A stretch of DNA of 64,000 nt. It comes from Bacteroidales bacterium (GTDB lineage Bacteria > Bacteroidota > Bacteroidia > Bacteroidales > UBA3663). Shown piece by piece: positions 29,199 through 38,516 of this stretch. Every line of letters starts with the position of its first letter. Within the stretch, counting starts at the first letter, position 1. The notes under the pieces were generated by a model. The model was not told where the DNA came from. It did not search any database and was given only the letters and a program-made list of their open reading frames with translations. The DNA is taken from positions 41,193-105,192 of the forward strand of contig JAZQOK010000018.1 in the NCBI GenBank assembly GCA_045627865.1. The letters run 5' to 3'. The position numbers and the translations under genes are program-made.

Positions 29199-30758
29199 TC
29201 ACTCCTTGAAGAGTACAATCACATACGGTGCCTTTCGGCCCACGATGGTACCCTGTTTGTCGGCAGGAACCCCGAGACGTTCCAGTTTCACCTGCAGAGC
29301 CTCGTAATCCTCCTCGTCACAGAGCAGAAGGGTATTCTGCAGACCTCCATCAGCAATCAGTTCCGGAGTGGCGGCATGAGGATCCTCGTGCAGATAGACA
29401 TCCATGTTCGACATACTCTGCAGTCGGTACGTATAGAAGCCCTCGGTCTTCAGTTCACGGCTGATTCGGTTTGCCTTCCAGCAGAGGTGGCCGTAGCAGC
29501 CCAGGCGACCATTGTTGGTCGAAACGAAGCAACCGGCCAGGAAGATACCGATCAGGATAAATCGGCACACCCACAGCATACGCCATTGCCAGACCAGAGG
29601 CCAGTTCCAATGACCCATCTGCATCACGCCCACATAGATCAGGAAAGGCAGTACAGGCAGCAGTCGGACATCGATCTTGCCCGGGATGCAGCTCAGCATA
29701 ACCAGCGTGCTCAGCACCGTCATGGCGAAGAAGTTCTGCAACGGAGTCGGCAAACTGAACTGGCGGAGGAACTTGTTTCCATGCACCGGCTCACCGCTCA
29801 CCGCAGACCGCTCACCGCTCATCGCCAACTGCTTATATCTCTTAATCATCGACGCGATAAGCATCACCATACAGAGAGGGCCCCACGGCACAGTATCCCA
29901 CCACACGGAACCTAAGTAATAGAACCAGGGTTTCTCGTGCACAGAGAGGCTCTCGAGCAAAGGCTGGTAAACGAACGTATCCGGAATGTGGTCGAAATAA
30001 TCCATGCCACCCTCAATCCAGGCTGCGCCCAGCCAGAGACCGATACCGGAGCCCAGAATCAGCCAGGTTCGCCAACCCCACACACGGATCCAGCTATTGG
30101 CTCGTCCGCTGGTCAGCAGGTAAACCGTTGTCGTCAGGAAGGCGATTGCTGGTCCCCACAAGCCCTTTGTCAGGAACGAAAGCAGGATGAAGAGACCGAA
30201 ACGGAACTGGTAGCGGATCGTACCTCTTTCGCGAGGTTTCACGCCACGTTCCTCGTTCGCACCCAACGGTTCGTAGAGGATCTGCCAGAAGTTATAGAGA
30301 GCCAGCACGATCCAGAGGGTATTGAGCATATCCATGCGGACATAGAAACTCATGAAGAAGAACATGCCCGTTGTGAAAAGCATCCATTGAGCCAGATCAC
30401 GGCTCTGGCTACCATCTATCAGACGCAGACCGCCCATTTCATAGCGCCACACCCATCGGTGCATCACCTGAACGATCAGCAGTGCAGGCAGCAGCGAGAA
30501 GAGGCACAGTTCGATCATGTACCAATGGCGGAAGATCACCTTCGATACCATCAGCAGCCAGAAGTAGAGCGGAGGGAACTCCGTATAAGGTTCACCCTGC
30601 AGATACATCGCAACCCAATGGTTCTCCTTCAGCGCCTCGAGAGCCACAGCGATGTACTTCAGTTCGTTGTTTGGCGTAAAGTCACGAAGAAGCAATACTG
30701 GGAGCAGCGCCAGTATGAACGGATAGTATTGATTCCAGAACCGTTTAACTTCTTGCAT
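29199..30758 (-). CDS. polytopic ArnT/PMT-like glycosyltransferase (GT39/GT83-like)
   Basis: Many TM helices and an N-terminal loop with EFPPLYFWLL. The start ATG shares nt 30758 with the upstream stop (TAATG). Family assignment is tentative. Confidence 0.5.
   Translation of the reverse strand: MQEVKRFWNQYYPFILALLPVLLLRDFTPNNELKYIAVALEALKENHWVAMYLQGEPYTEFPPLYFWLLMVSKVIFRHWYMIELCLFSLLPALLIVQVMHRWVWRYEMGGLRLIDGSQSRDLAQWMLFTTGMFFFMSFYVRMDMLNTLWIVLALYNFWQILYEPLGANEERGVKPRERGTIRYQFRFGLFILLSFLTKGLWGPAIAFLTTTVYLLTSGRANSWIRVWGWRTWLILGSGIGLWLGAAWIEGGMDYFDHIPDTFVYQPLLESLSVHEKPWFYYLGSVWWDTVPWGPLCMVMLIASMIKRYKQLAMSGERSAVSGEPVHGNKFLRQFSLPTPLQNFFAMTVLSTLVMLSCIPGKIDVRLLPVLPFLIYVGVMQMGHWNWPLVWQWRMLWVCRFILIGIFLAGCFVSTNNGRLGCYGHLCWKANRISRELKTEGFYTYRLQSMSNMDVYLHEDPHAATPELIADGGLQNTLLLCDEEDYEALQVKLERLGVPADKQGTIVGRKAPYVIVLFKE
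29788..29829. repeat. six phased heptamers (CGCTCAC-like) embedded in frame in the glycosyltransferase CDS
   Basis: ggctcac/cgctcac/cgcagac/cgctcac/cgctcat/cgccaac is 42 nt, or 14 codons, encoding AMSGERSAVSGEPV on the minus strand. Confidence 0.85.
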
Positions 30759-32062
30759 TATCTGTTTACTTTAACTCTGACACGATCAATTCTGCGACGA
30801 TCCATAGCGACGATCGTGAATTCGATCCCCTTGAAGCGGATATGTTCGTTGACGCGTGGGAAGTTCTGCTTCACTTCGAGAATCAGGCCACCCAGGCTTT
30901 CGCAGTTATCTGCCTTACCGCCCAGTTCATCGATATCGAGGTCGATGACGTGGCAGAAATCGTTCAACGAAGTGCGGGCCTCGAAGATCCATTCATTCTC
31001 GCCCACCTTCTGCCAGGTCTGGTCATCCTCGTCATATTCATCGTGGATTTCGCCCACGATCTCCTCGAGCACATCCTCCATCGTGATCAAGCCCGAAGTG
31101 CCACCGAACTCATCCACTACGATTGCCATGTGGCGACGCTTGCTACGGAAGTCATTCAAGAGGTCATCGATCATCTTGTTCTCCGGAACATAGAAAGCCT
31201 CTCGTACCAGGTCCTTCCATCGGAAAGTGGCAGGCTGGTTCAGGTAGGGCAACAGGTCCTTGATATAGAGGATACCCTTGATGCTATCTTCGGTGCCTTC
31301 ATACACCGGCACGCGGCTGTATTTCTGGTCAACGACCAGTTTCAGTACCTGGTCGAACGGTTCGTCGATCGAGAGCGAAACCATCTCGCTGCGACTGGTC
31401 ATGGCATCCTTCACTGTCTTGTCGGCAAATTCGATGATACCCTCCAGCATCTTCTTCTCCTCCTTGTTACGAGCCACCTGTGGGGTAAGCTTCAAGGCGT
31501 CGCTCAGGTCCTCGACCGTCACCTCCTCGCCCATACGTTCAGCCAGTCGGCGATTGATGATACCGGTACTGCCCACAAGCATGGTCACGAACGGACCGAA
31601 ACAGGTCACCATCAGCTGCATCAGATGAGCCGTCATGCGGGCGAAGCTCAAAGCTCGGTGGGTGGCATAGACCTTAGGCAGCACCTCGCCAAACAGCAGC
31701 AGGAGGAATGTCAGCACTACGGTCTCCAGCAGGAAAAGCATCACTGTGCTTGACTGTTCGTAATCGATGGCGCCATTCATGAACAGGGTGAAGAGCATGA
31801 TGATTGCCACATTCACCAGATTGTTACCGATCAGGATGGCTGCCATCAGACGTTCGCTGTTCTCCAGCAGTCGTCCGATAATAGCATCCACAGGGTTCTC
31901 CTGGCTATTCAGGCTCTCCTTATCGCGAGGCGAGAGGGAGAAGAATGCCACCTCGCTACCCGAGATAGTAGCCGAAGCGAACAGCAGCAGCACTGCGATT
32001 CCCAAAGCTACCCAGGCGCTTAGATCCGGCCAGGCAAAACATATATCGTACCAATTGTTCAT
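30758..32062 (-). CDS. DUF21-CBS pair-CorC_HlyC protein (CNNM/CorC family; GldE-like)
   Basis: Four N-terminal TM helices, two CBS-like repeats (KDAMTSRSEMVSL ..., YSRVPVY) and a C-terminal CorC-type domain (ESLGGLILE). Confidence 0.75.
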   Translation of the reverse strand: MNNWYDICFAWPDLSAWVALGIAVLLLFASATISGSEVAFFSLSPRDKESLNSQENPVDAIIGRLLENSERLMAAILIGNNLVNVAIIMLFTLFMNGAIDYEQSSTVMLFLLETVVLTFLLLLFGEVLPKVYATHRALSFARMTAHLMQLMVTCFGPFVTMLVGSTGIINRRLAERMGEEVTVEDLSDALKLTPQVARNKEEKKMLEGIIEFADKTVKDAMTSRSEMVSLSIDEPFDQVLKLVVDQKYSRVPVYEGTEDSIKGILYIKDLLPYLNQPATFRWKDLVREAFYVPENKMIDDLLNDFRSKRRHMAIVVDEFGGTSGLITMEDVLEEIVGEIHDEYDEDDQTWQKVGENEWIFEARTSLNDFCHVIDLDIDELGGKADNCESLGGLILEVKQNFPRVNEHIRFKGIEFTIVAMDRRRIDRVRVKVNR

Positions 32063-32076
32063 TTCACTTTATTCAT

Positions 32077-32132
32077 TATCCGCTCATCGCTAACCGCTAA
32101 CCGAGCATCGCTAACCGAGCATCGCTCATCAC
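32077..32132. repeat. eight phased heptamers between cdaA and the CNNM-like gene
   Basis: tatccgc/tcatcgc/taaccgc/taaccga/gcatcgc/taaccga/gcatcgc/tcatcac. The last unit abuts the cdaA TAG (32132-32134). Confidence 0.9.
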
Positions 32133-32926
32133 TAAACGTGACTCGCCTTCCTCTCCTCCTTCTGTCCGAATCGGGTCAGCAGGATGCGTTGCAGCATATT
32201 GGCAGTTACGGCATGCAGCACATGGTTATTGACCACCACCATCATCTGTCCCGTCTCCTCGCTCACCACGATGACCATAGCATCGCGCTGTTCACACAGT
32301 CCGATGCCCGAGCGGTGACGCAGGCCATATTCCTTAGGGATAGACATATCGTGCGAAACAGGAAGGATGCAGGCTGCTGCCAGGATTCTACCGTTCTTGA
32401 TGATCATGGCGCCATCGTGCAGAGGGGAATTCTTGAAGAAGATCTGTTCCACCATTCGGGCCGAGAGTTTCGCATCTACGATTTCGCCGGTTTCAGCAAT
32501 GGCCTGGAGGCTGTTATGTCCTTCAATACAGATCAATGCACCGACCCTCTTCTTGCTCATATCCCAGCAGGCCATCACCAGCGAATCGATCCATTCACGG
32601 GTCTGCACCTCGTCTGGGTTTTCACCGAACACACGCATCAGCGAGGTCCATCGACGGCGGCTTCCCACCTCCATCAGCACACGGCGGATATCATTCTGGA
32701 AAAGTACAACAAGGGCAATCAAGCCCACGCTGATCAGTGAATCAAAGATAGAGCCGAGCAGTTTCATCTGGAAGACCTGACTGACGACCAGCCAGCAGAG
32801 AAAGACTGCCAGAATGCCCTGGAAGAGGACCAGGGTACCACTCTTCTGGCTATTCCGGTACAAATAGTACATGCCCCATGCCACGATGAGGATGTCCAAT
32901 ATGTCCTTGAAGCCAATTTCCCACAT
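32132..32926 (-). CDS. cdaA: diadenylate cyclase (c-di-AMP synthase), membrane-anchored CdaA type
   Basis: Three N-terminal TM helices. DAC-domain strings DGAMIIKNGRILAAACILP, GLRHRSGIG and VVSEETGQ. Confidence 0.9.
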   Translation of the reverse strand: MWEIGFKDILDILIVAWGMYYLYRNSQKSGTLVLFQGILAVFLCWLVVSQVFQMKLLGSIFDSLISVGLIALVVLFQNDIRRVLMEVGSRRRWTSLMRVFGENPDEVQTREWIDSLVMACWDMSKKRVGALICIEGHNSLQAIAETGEIVDAKLSARMVEQIFFKNSPLHDGAMIIKNGRILAAACILPVSHDMSIPKEYGLRHRSGIGLCEQRDAMVIVVSEETGQMMVVVNNHVLHAVTANMLQRILLTRFGQKEERKASHV

Positions 32927-32951
32927 TACAAGATAGATTTATTATCGTGCG

Positions 32952-32983
32952 CAAATATACGCACATAAATCCTATTCCCCAAA
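32952..32983 (-). promoter_or_regulatory. candidate promoter for cdaA
   Basis: On the minus strand, TATATTTG (32959-32952) and TTTG (32983-32980) are separated by 20 nt. The -7 box lies 26 nt upstream of the ATG. Confidence 0.55.
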
Positions 32984-33064
32984 TTTTTGGTAATAAATTC
33001 GCAAAATTGGGGCTCAAATAGACGATTTTTACGAATAATTGACGGGCGTATAAAAAAAACTGTG

Positions 33065-33072
33065 TATCTTTG
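33065..33072 (+). promoter_or_regulatory. candidate -7 box (TATCTTTG) for the PL1 gene
   Basis: Exact TAnnTTTG match, 33 nt upstream of the ATG at 33105. Confidence 0.5.
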
Positions 33073-33104
33073 CACCGCCTAATGATAATAAAACCATAAC
33101 TCAA

Positions 33105-34508
33105 ATGCAGCTTAAATCCACCGCTCTCATCACAGCAATCCTCGGTCTCAGTCTCACTCTTCAGGCCGAAACTTCCCAGTTTGACTCACAGGCTCCATTC
33201 GGCTTTGCCACCTGCAACAGTCGCACCGATGCCAACCCGTCCGCCAACAACATCACTGGTGGCGGTGCCTATACCTATGCCGAAGCGTTAGCCCTCAAAG
33301 AGGCTGGCAGCAAGAAGGTGATTATCCTCACCTCAACTGGCTCGAACATGGCCAGCGCCATCAGTTCGGCCATTTCCAACAACGATATCATCATCTTCGA
33401 CGGTTCTGCCGGCGACTTCATCCTCAAGAACTATGTCGAGGTCAAATCCAAGCAGAACAAGACCCTATTGGGCATCAACAATGCCCGTCTCTGCACCGAA
33501 TGGCACGCTACTGCCGAAGACATCGCTGCACTCAATGAGGCCGGTGTCAAGAACATGAGCACCAGCAGTGGTACCGGCGGAAAACTCTCCAATGGCACCT
33601 CCGTAAGCGAGGAGGCAGAATATCATACCCGTCAGATCATGATCGACCGCTACGGAACCACCAACGAGTGGTGGCGCAAGTCTGGCATCTTCTACATCTC
33701 AGGCTGCAAGAACCTCATCTTGCGCAACATCACCTTCTGCGGTCCCGGCGCGATGGATCTGGGCGGTGCTGACCTCGTCAGCATCATCAACAGCACCAAC
33801 CATGTCTGGGTCGATCACTGTGACTTCCTCGATGGTCAGGATGGCAACATGGACATCACCCAGATGTCGGATTTTGTCACCGTCAGCTGGAGCACCTTCA
33901 GCTACACAGAACGCTCGTACATGCACCAGAATACCAACCTCTGTGGCAGCAGCGACAGCAACACGGCCGATGACGACAAACTGAACATCACCTGGGCATA
34001 CAACCAATGGGGCAAAGGCTGCCAGGCCCGTATGCCAATGGCTCGTTTCGGCCGTTTCCACATGCTCAACAACTATTTCAATTGTGCTGGCAATGGTTCT
34101 GCCTGCATCAATCCACGCAAGAATTCAGAGTTCCTCATCGAAGGCAACAACTTCGATGCCGGTGTCAAGAAGGTATATGCTGCCAGCGATGCCACCAAGG
34201 TCATCTGGCGCAGCAACAACTACGTAGGCTATGGTAGCGCGGCTTCGCAATTCAGTGCAGTCAAGGACGACAACACTGCCGCCACCTCGCTCATCCCTTA
34301 CACCTACCCGACCGACATGACTGCCAGTCAGGTTCCTGCCGAAGTAGGTAAGCACGCCGGCGCTACGCTCCTCTTCGATGCCAACGACCTCTACGCCATT
34401 CCTACATGCGCACACACAGACGCAAACATTTATAATCTTTCGGGTCAGCGCTGCTACAACGCTTCTGGCTTCCAGATCTGCAACGGCAAGCTCCGATTGG
34501 TAAAATAA
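33105..34508 (+). CDS. pectate lyase family 1 with T9SS C-terminal sorting tail
   Basis: Signal peptide. PL1 strings HVWVDHCDF, DGNMDIT and ARMPMARFGRFHMLNNYF. C-terminal IYNLSGQRCYNASGFQICNGKLRLVK. Confidence 0.85.
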   Translation: MQLKSTALITAILGLSLTLQAETSQFDSQAPFGFATCNSRTDANPSANNITGGGAYTYAEALALKEAGSKKVIILTSTGSNMASAISSAISNNDIIIFDGSAGDFILKNYVEVKSKQNKTLLGINNARLCTEWHATAEDIAALNEAGVKNMSTSSGTGGKLSNGTSVSEEAEYHTRQIMIDRYGTTNEWWRKSGIFYISGCKNLILRNITFCGPGAMDLGGADLVSIINSTNHVWVDHCDFLDGQDGNMDITQMSDFVTVSWSTFSYTERSYMHQNTNLCGSSDSNTADDDKLNITWAYNQWGKGCQARMPMARFGRFHMLNNYFNCAGNGSACINPRKNSEFLIEGNNFDAGVKKVYAASDATKVIWRSNNYVGYGSAASQFSAVKDDNTAATSLIPYTYPTDMTASQVPAEVGKHAGATLLFDANDLYAIPTCAHTDANIYNLSGQRCYNASGFQICNGKLRLVK

Positions 34509-34548
34509 CGATACGCGTCGCTACGATACGGGCATAGCCCTACGATTA

Positions 34549-34590
34549 AGGCCTGGACACTGATTTCTCAGTTCCAGGCCTATATGTTTT
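34549..34590 (+). terminator. intrinsic terminator after the PL1 gene
   Basis: 9-bp stem aggcctgga / tccaggcct with a 15-nt loop, followed by atatgtttt. Confidence 0.65.
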
Positions 34591-34768
34591 AGAACAAGAA
34601 TTTAAGATTTTGAAGAATATTTATAATTCGCTCGTTTCACAAATTTCGTGGTTAATTTATGGAAATTTATGTAGCGCCGCAGGCATAATATTTATTTTGA
34701 ACAGTGATAATTTCTGTTCTCTACTATAAGAAATAGTTTCTATGTTTTCTTAGTTTCCAGTTAATCAT

Positions 34769-37126
34769 TTATCGAACAAACTCTACCTTGCCATCGCGGA
34801 TCAGCAGTCCCGACTTGGCATAGCTGCGCTGACCAGCCAGATTAAAGAAGATATCACTGTTACGTTGCAGGTTCTCGCTGACAGATTCGAGCACTGTCTC
34901 AGAATCTGCACCAAGGCCCGTAAGTTTCAGGCGAAGCTGAGGAGACCCCGTCGGGGCAGATACTCCGTACGTATAATACCAGCGATACGGAGGGATATCA
35001 CTAACCGAAGTACCCACCTTGCCCAACACACCGTCACTGATGGAATAACAACTATTTGCATTCGTATTTATACCACTGCTGCTCGTCGATGCGGTTGTGG
35101 CATAGAATGCAGACATATAAGTTTCCTGATAATTAGAAACAACCTCATAGCCATTTTCCGCGTCCTCAAAGTCCTCCACCTTCAGCACATTCTGAATTGC
35201 AAAGGAGATGGCATTGCCCGTAACCGATCTCAGAATCATTGGCTCATTAATAGGTGTCGATCCAGACTGAATCTCACGAAAGGTCAACGAAATGCTGTTA
35301 TCCGTCTGATTCAAGACGTCTCCAACAAACTCATAAGCCACAATACCCAACCCTTCCAATGTCGATATTGGAATTGAGAATGGCAGACAGGACGTGCGAG
35401 GAGTAGTCCTCGAGAAATTCAATACAACCTCTAGATTTTCTATATAGTACGCATCAGTCAGACCTACGACATTATCATCAAAAGAACTATGTCCTGTTGG
35501 CGAAAGTATTGCCTCGAACTTTGTCCATATACCACTTTCAGCCGTCTCATAAGCAGAACGAACAGATCCATCCACAATCAGGTAACAACCATAGAAGGAG
35601 TCATACTCATTTGATTGTGGAGGAGTTGTTGCATTGATAAAATAGAGGGCATGATCACAACTCTGCTGACCATAGAACTCCTGAAGATTCGCATTGGTCA
35701 TGTGAATCTCCTTCAGTTTTTTGCTATTGTAGAAGTTTCCATTATTCACATACTCCGCATTAGTCGAGAAATAGGTCAGGTTTTTCATGTTCGAAACAGC
35801 ACAAATGGAAAGCGTTCTGACTGTTTCCGGAGTCGTAAAACTAGTTACAGTATGAGCAGAAGGCAATACGATCAACGTCTCTTTTGCGGCATCATACAGC
35901 ACACCATCTTCGCTCACAAAGTGCGTGTTGCCCTCATCGACCGTAACGCTCTCCAGATTCAGATTTCCAAAAAAGACATTATCTCCAATCTCCGTAATGG
36001 TAGAGGGCAAACTGACAGTCAACAAATCCGAACTTTGATAGAATGCATTCGTGCCAATTTGCGTTACTACAAACGTTTTTCCATTGGCGATGATCGATTC
36101 TGGTATGGTCAAATGGCCCTCATAACGGACACTATATTGGGCATCCTGCGACAGAACCACCTCGTTCTCCGTTTCTGGAATGGAGCAATAATACAAAGGT
36201 GTTTCGTTCGAATCTTCATCCGCATAACCAGCCTCATGGACATAATCGATAATATCGGCCCAGCCGGTTGGCTCTGGGCCAGTCGTGCTCGAAATCTCCA
36301 GCTCCGACGTCTTATACAAGTCGCGTCTTCCCAATGGGATATAGATTGACAGGTCCGGCATCGTCTCCAGGTCAAACACTTCCTTGATATACGGACCCGT
36401 CTCTATGTTGGCAAAGTCAACAGTCGTGATTCCATAAGGCTCACCCCCCCATTCCTCTATGAACTGCGGTGCTAGAATATACTTAATACCAGCACCAAAG
36501 TGGACGTGCTGCAAATAAGTACACCCAAGGAGTGCTGCCTGCTGAAGAGTTTCCGTGCTATTCGGGAATGTAAGATCATAAAAGTTTGCATTTCCCGCAA
36601 AGGCATACGAGCCAATGGTAATCACACCATCTGGAACAACAAACGTCGACTCGCCTTTTCCTCCAGGATACAACAACAATTTGGTTACATCGGCATTATA
36701 AACCACATCGTCTATGACCTTGAAAGCTGTGTTGTTCGGATCGATTGTTACAGAATTCAATCGCGGGCAAAAACGGAACGGATTGTTTGGAAGAGATACT
36801 AACGATGCAGGGAGTTCTACCTGATTCAGATAAGCACACTTTTCAAAAGCTCCTTGTCCGATTGAGGTGAGTGTAGAGGGCAAATTGAGTTTAACGATAG
36901 TACTGCAGTTTGCAAATGCTTCATCACCAATAGAGGTCACCGTAACAGTTTTTCCATCATACTCGCAGACTTCTGGAATTGTAGTCTCCGACGGGAGTTC
37001 ACCGTCATAACCCGTCACCTTCACAGATTCACTATCTATCGGTTCATACGTAAATACTTGCGCCATGCCAGCAGCACAACACAACATCAGGAATGACACT
37101 AAAAATATCTTTCTTTTCATTTTCAT
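34769..37126 (-). CDS. BspA-type leucine-rich-repeat surface protein with T9SS C-terminal sorting tail
   Basis: Repeated LRR_5-like units (IGDEAFANCSTIVKLNLPSTLTSIGQGAF ...). C-terminal FFNLAGQRSYAKSGLLIRDGKVEFVR. The ORF-track start at 37129 is TTG; the first ATG is at 37126. Confidence 0.8.
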   Translation of the reverse strand: MKMKRKIFLVSFLMLCCAAGMAQVFTYEPIDSESVKVTGYDGELPSETTIPEVCEYDGKTVTVTSIGDEAFANCSTIVKLNLPSTLTSIGQGAFEKCAYLNQVELPASLVSLPNNPFRFCPRLNSVTIDPNNTAFKVIDDVVYNADVTKLLLYPGGKGESTFVVPDGVITIGSYAFAGNANFYDLTFPNSTETLQQAALLGCTYLQHVHFGAGIKYILAPQFIEEWGGEPYGITTVDFANIETGPYIKEVFDLETMPDLSIYIPLGRRDLYKTSELEISSTTGPEPTGWADIIDYVHEAGYADEDSNETPLYYCSIPETENEVVLSQDAQYSVRYEGHLTIPESIIANGKTFVVTQIGTNAFYQSSDLLTVSLPSTITEIGDNVFFGNLNLESVTVDEGNTHFVSEDGVLYDAAKETLIVLPSAHTVTSFTTPETVRTLSICAVSNMKNLTYFSTNAEYVNNGNFYNSKKLKEIHMTNANLQEFYGQQSCDHALYFINATTPPQSNEYDSFYGCYLIVDGSVRSAYETAESGIWTKFEAILSPTGHSSFDDNVVGLTDAYYIENLEVVLNFSRTTPRTSCLPFSIPISTLEGLGIVAYEFVGDVLNQTDNSISLTFREIQSGSTPINEPMILRSVTGNAISFAIQNVLKVEDFEDAENGYEVVSNYQETYMSAFYATTASTSSSGINTNANSCYSISDGVLGKVGTSVSDIPPYRWYYTYGVSAPTGSPQLRLKLTGLGADSETVLESVSENLQRNSDIFFNLAGQRSYAKSGLLIRDGKVEFVR

Positions 37127-37143
37127 CAAAATTAATTACCGAA

Positions 37144-37220
37144 CACGAATCCAACGAATTGAACGAATAACAAATGAGGTATATAGAGATTTAATTCGAG
37201 TGATTCGAGCTATTCGTGGT
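37144..37220. repeat. two opposed triplets of 9-bp units (core CGAAT / ATTCG) upstream of the LRR gene
   Basis: cacgaatcc/aacgaattg/aacgaataa at 37144-37170 and attcgagtg/attcgagct/attcgtggt at 37194-37220, around a 23-bp AT-rich centre. Confidence 0.8.
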
Positions 37221-37265
37221 CAAAAAACTTATTTCCGCTTCTTTCCCAAAAATACTACAGTCAAA

Positions 37266-38270
37266 TTAATCGATATTCGTAATCTCCTCGTCGGTGACAG
37301 TCAAGACCAACTTGCCGTCTGATTGCGTGAAAGCGGTCACATTCAGCGTCACAGCGGTACCCATCATGCCCGACAGGTCCAAGTCGAAATGACCTTCGGC
37401 GACCCACGTCGGCTCATCTCCAGGATCATTATTAGCGCCTATCTTGCAGACAGCAATATACTTCTGCGGGAACACATAATTGGTAAAAACTGGCTGAAAA
37501 TTCCATTCTTGACCCACAGGCGTAGCAGGCAAACTTTGACTCCAATCATAACCAAAATTTTCAGAGGCCCAATCATATTCATCACGTGTCTCGTAAGTAA
37601 ATCCTTCCGGCATCGATTCGGCAACGATCCACTGGTTCTGGGTAATATTAAATTGCTCAATCTTATCACCGTACAGATCCAAACCAGCGAAATAATTAGC
37701 AAACCGATAATCAGCCGCATCCACGAAGGCCAAATTCAATGTAATCATTGTCAACAAGTGCTTGAATGAGAACGAAACCGTTCTGTCGTTGGTTGTAGCC
37801 CCAACTCCATAGGAAGTGGCTAACATCAAGTCAAATTCGCCACCGAGTTCAGGTTCAATCATAGTTAGCACCAAATCTCCATCCTCGGTATACGAAAGTT
37901 CATCCTCATCCAGCGCTCCTGGAGAAAGAGCAATGAAATCGAATTTTGTTTCGTTATCTGGCCAAGAGTGTCCCTCAACTGCATTGAACAACCAAGCCCC
38001 GGCATCATCAAAGCGACAGTAATCAGTAAAGTAATTGTTTACTTCGGTCTCGCCAACTTGACGTTGATAGTTACACCACACCAAAAAGCCATATTCTTTA
38101 AGATTATCCAAGGATTCATCGGCACGAGTCTTGAATTCCGACGAAGAAGCCTCGACGCAGATGGGAACATCTGTGTTAGTTTCTGGAGCAAGAGAATCCT
38201 CCGACTCCGATGAACAACTATTAAGTGACAGAATGGTACCCAATATAGTCAAATAGCGTAAGTATTTCAT
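37266..38270 (-). CDS. fimbrillin-family lipoprotein (Mfa/FimA-like)
   Basis: The internal ATG at 38270 gives a lipoprotein signal MKYLRYLTILGTILSLNSC. Family-like strings DLMLATS and VSFSFKHLLTMITLNL. The longer ORF-track N-terminus was rejected. Confidence 0.6.
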   Translation of the reverse strand: MKYLRYLTILGTILSLNSCSSESEDSLAPETNTDVPICVEASSSEFKTRADESLDNLKEYGFLVWCNYQRQVGETEVNNYFTDYCRFDDAGAWLFNAVEGHSWPDNETKFDFIALSPGALDEDELSYTEDGDLVLTMIEPELGGEFDLMLATSYGVGATTNDRTVSFSFKHLLTMITLNLAFVDAADYRFANYFAGLDLYGDKIEQFNITQNQWIVAESMPEGFTYETRDEYDWASENFGYDWSQSLPATPVGQEWNFQPVFTNYVFPQKYIAVCKIGANNDPGDEPTWVAEGHFDLDLSGMMGTAVTLNVTAFTQSDGKLVLTVTDEEITNID

Positions 38271-38516
38271 ATTTAATGGTTGTTTAGCTTTATATGCGTG
38301 CAAATTTGATATTTTTTTTCGAATTAACAAAACAAAAAGCATTTTTTTCTTACAGAAAAGGGTCAAAAAAGATGCGATTTCCGAAGTTTTGCACCACAAA
38401 CTTACAAAAAGAGACTCATAATTCTTCAACAATGGTGGTGGGTCCTTCCCTTTTTAAATCTCCCTCTATATCTTAATCTATATCTAATTCATCAACAAAG
38501 GTACCGGCGCATATAC

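Noticed and set aside
34653-34668. Shared motif TTCGTGGT(T/C/G)A in four intergenic regions (20711, 34656, 37217, 38681)
   Set aside because: An 8-mer is expected about twice by chance in 128 kb of two-strand sequence. Its complement also occurs inside a CDS (about 50398). Two of the hits are simply part of the ATTCG-type short repeats. It is not significant on its own.
37127-37134. caaaatta (TAATTTTG on the minus strand) as a -7 box for the LRR gene
   Set aside because: It abuts or overlaps the candidate start codons (TTG 37129, ATG 37126), so a transcript starting from it would lack them.
38271-38432. N-terminal extensions offered by the ORF track (38432 for the fimbrillin, 42452 for the fimbrillin-DUF1566 gene, 42633 for galM, 44173 for galK, 54272 for VTC, 45326 for truA)
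   Set aside because: Internal starts give canonical lipoprotein signals or conserved family N-termini. The extensions run through predicted -7/-33 promoter boxes or repeat elements, and several begin with non-ATG codons.
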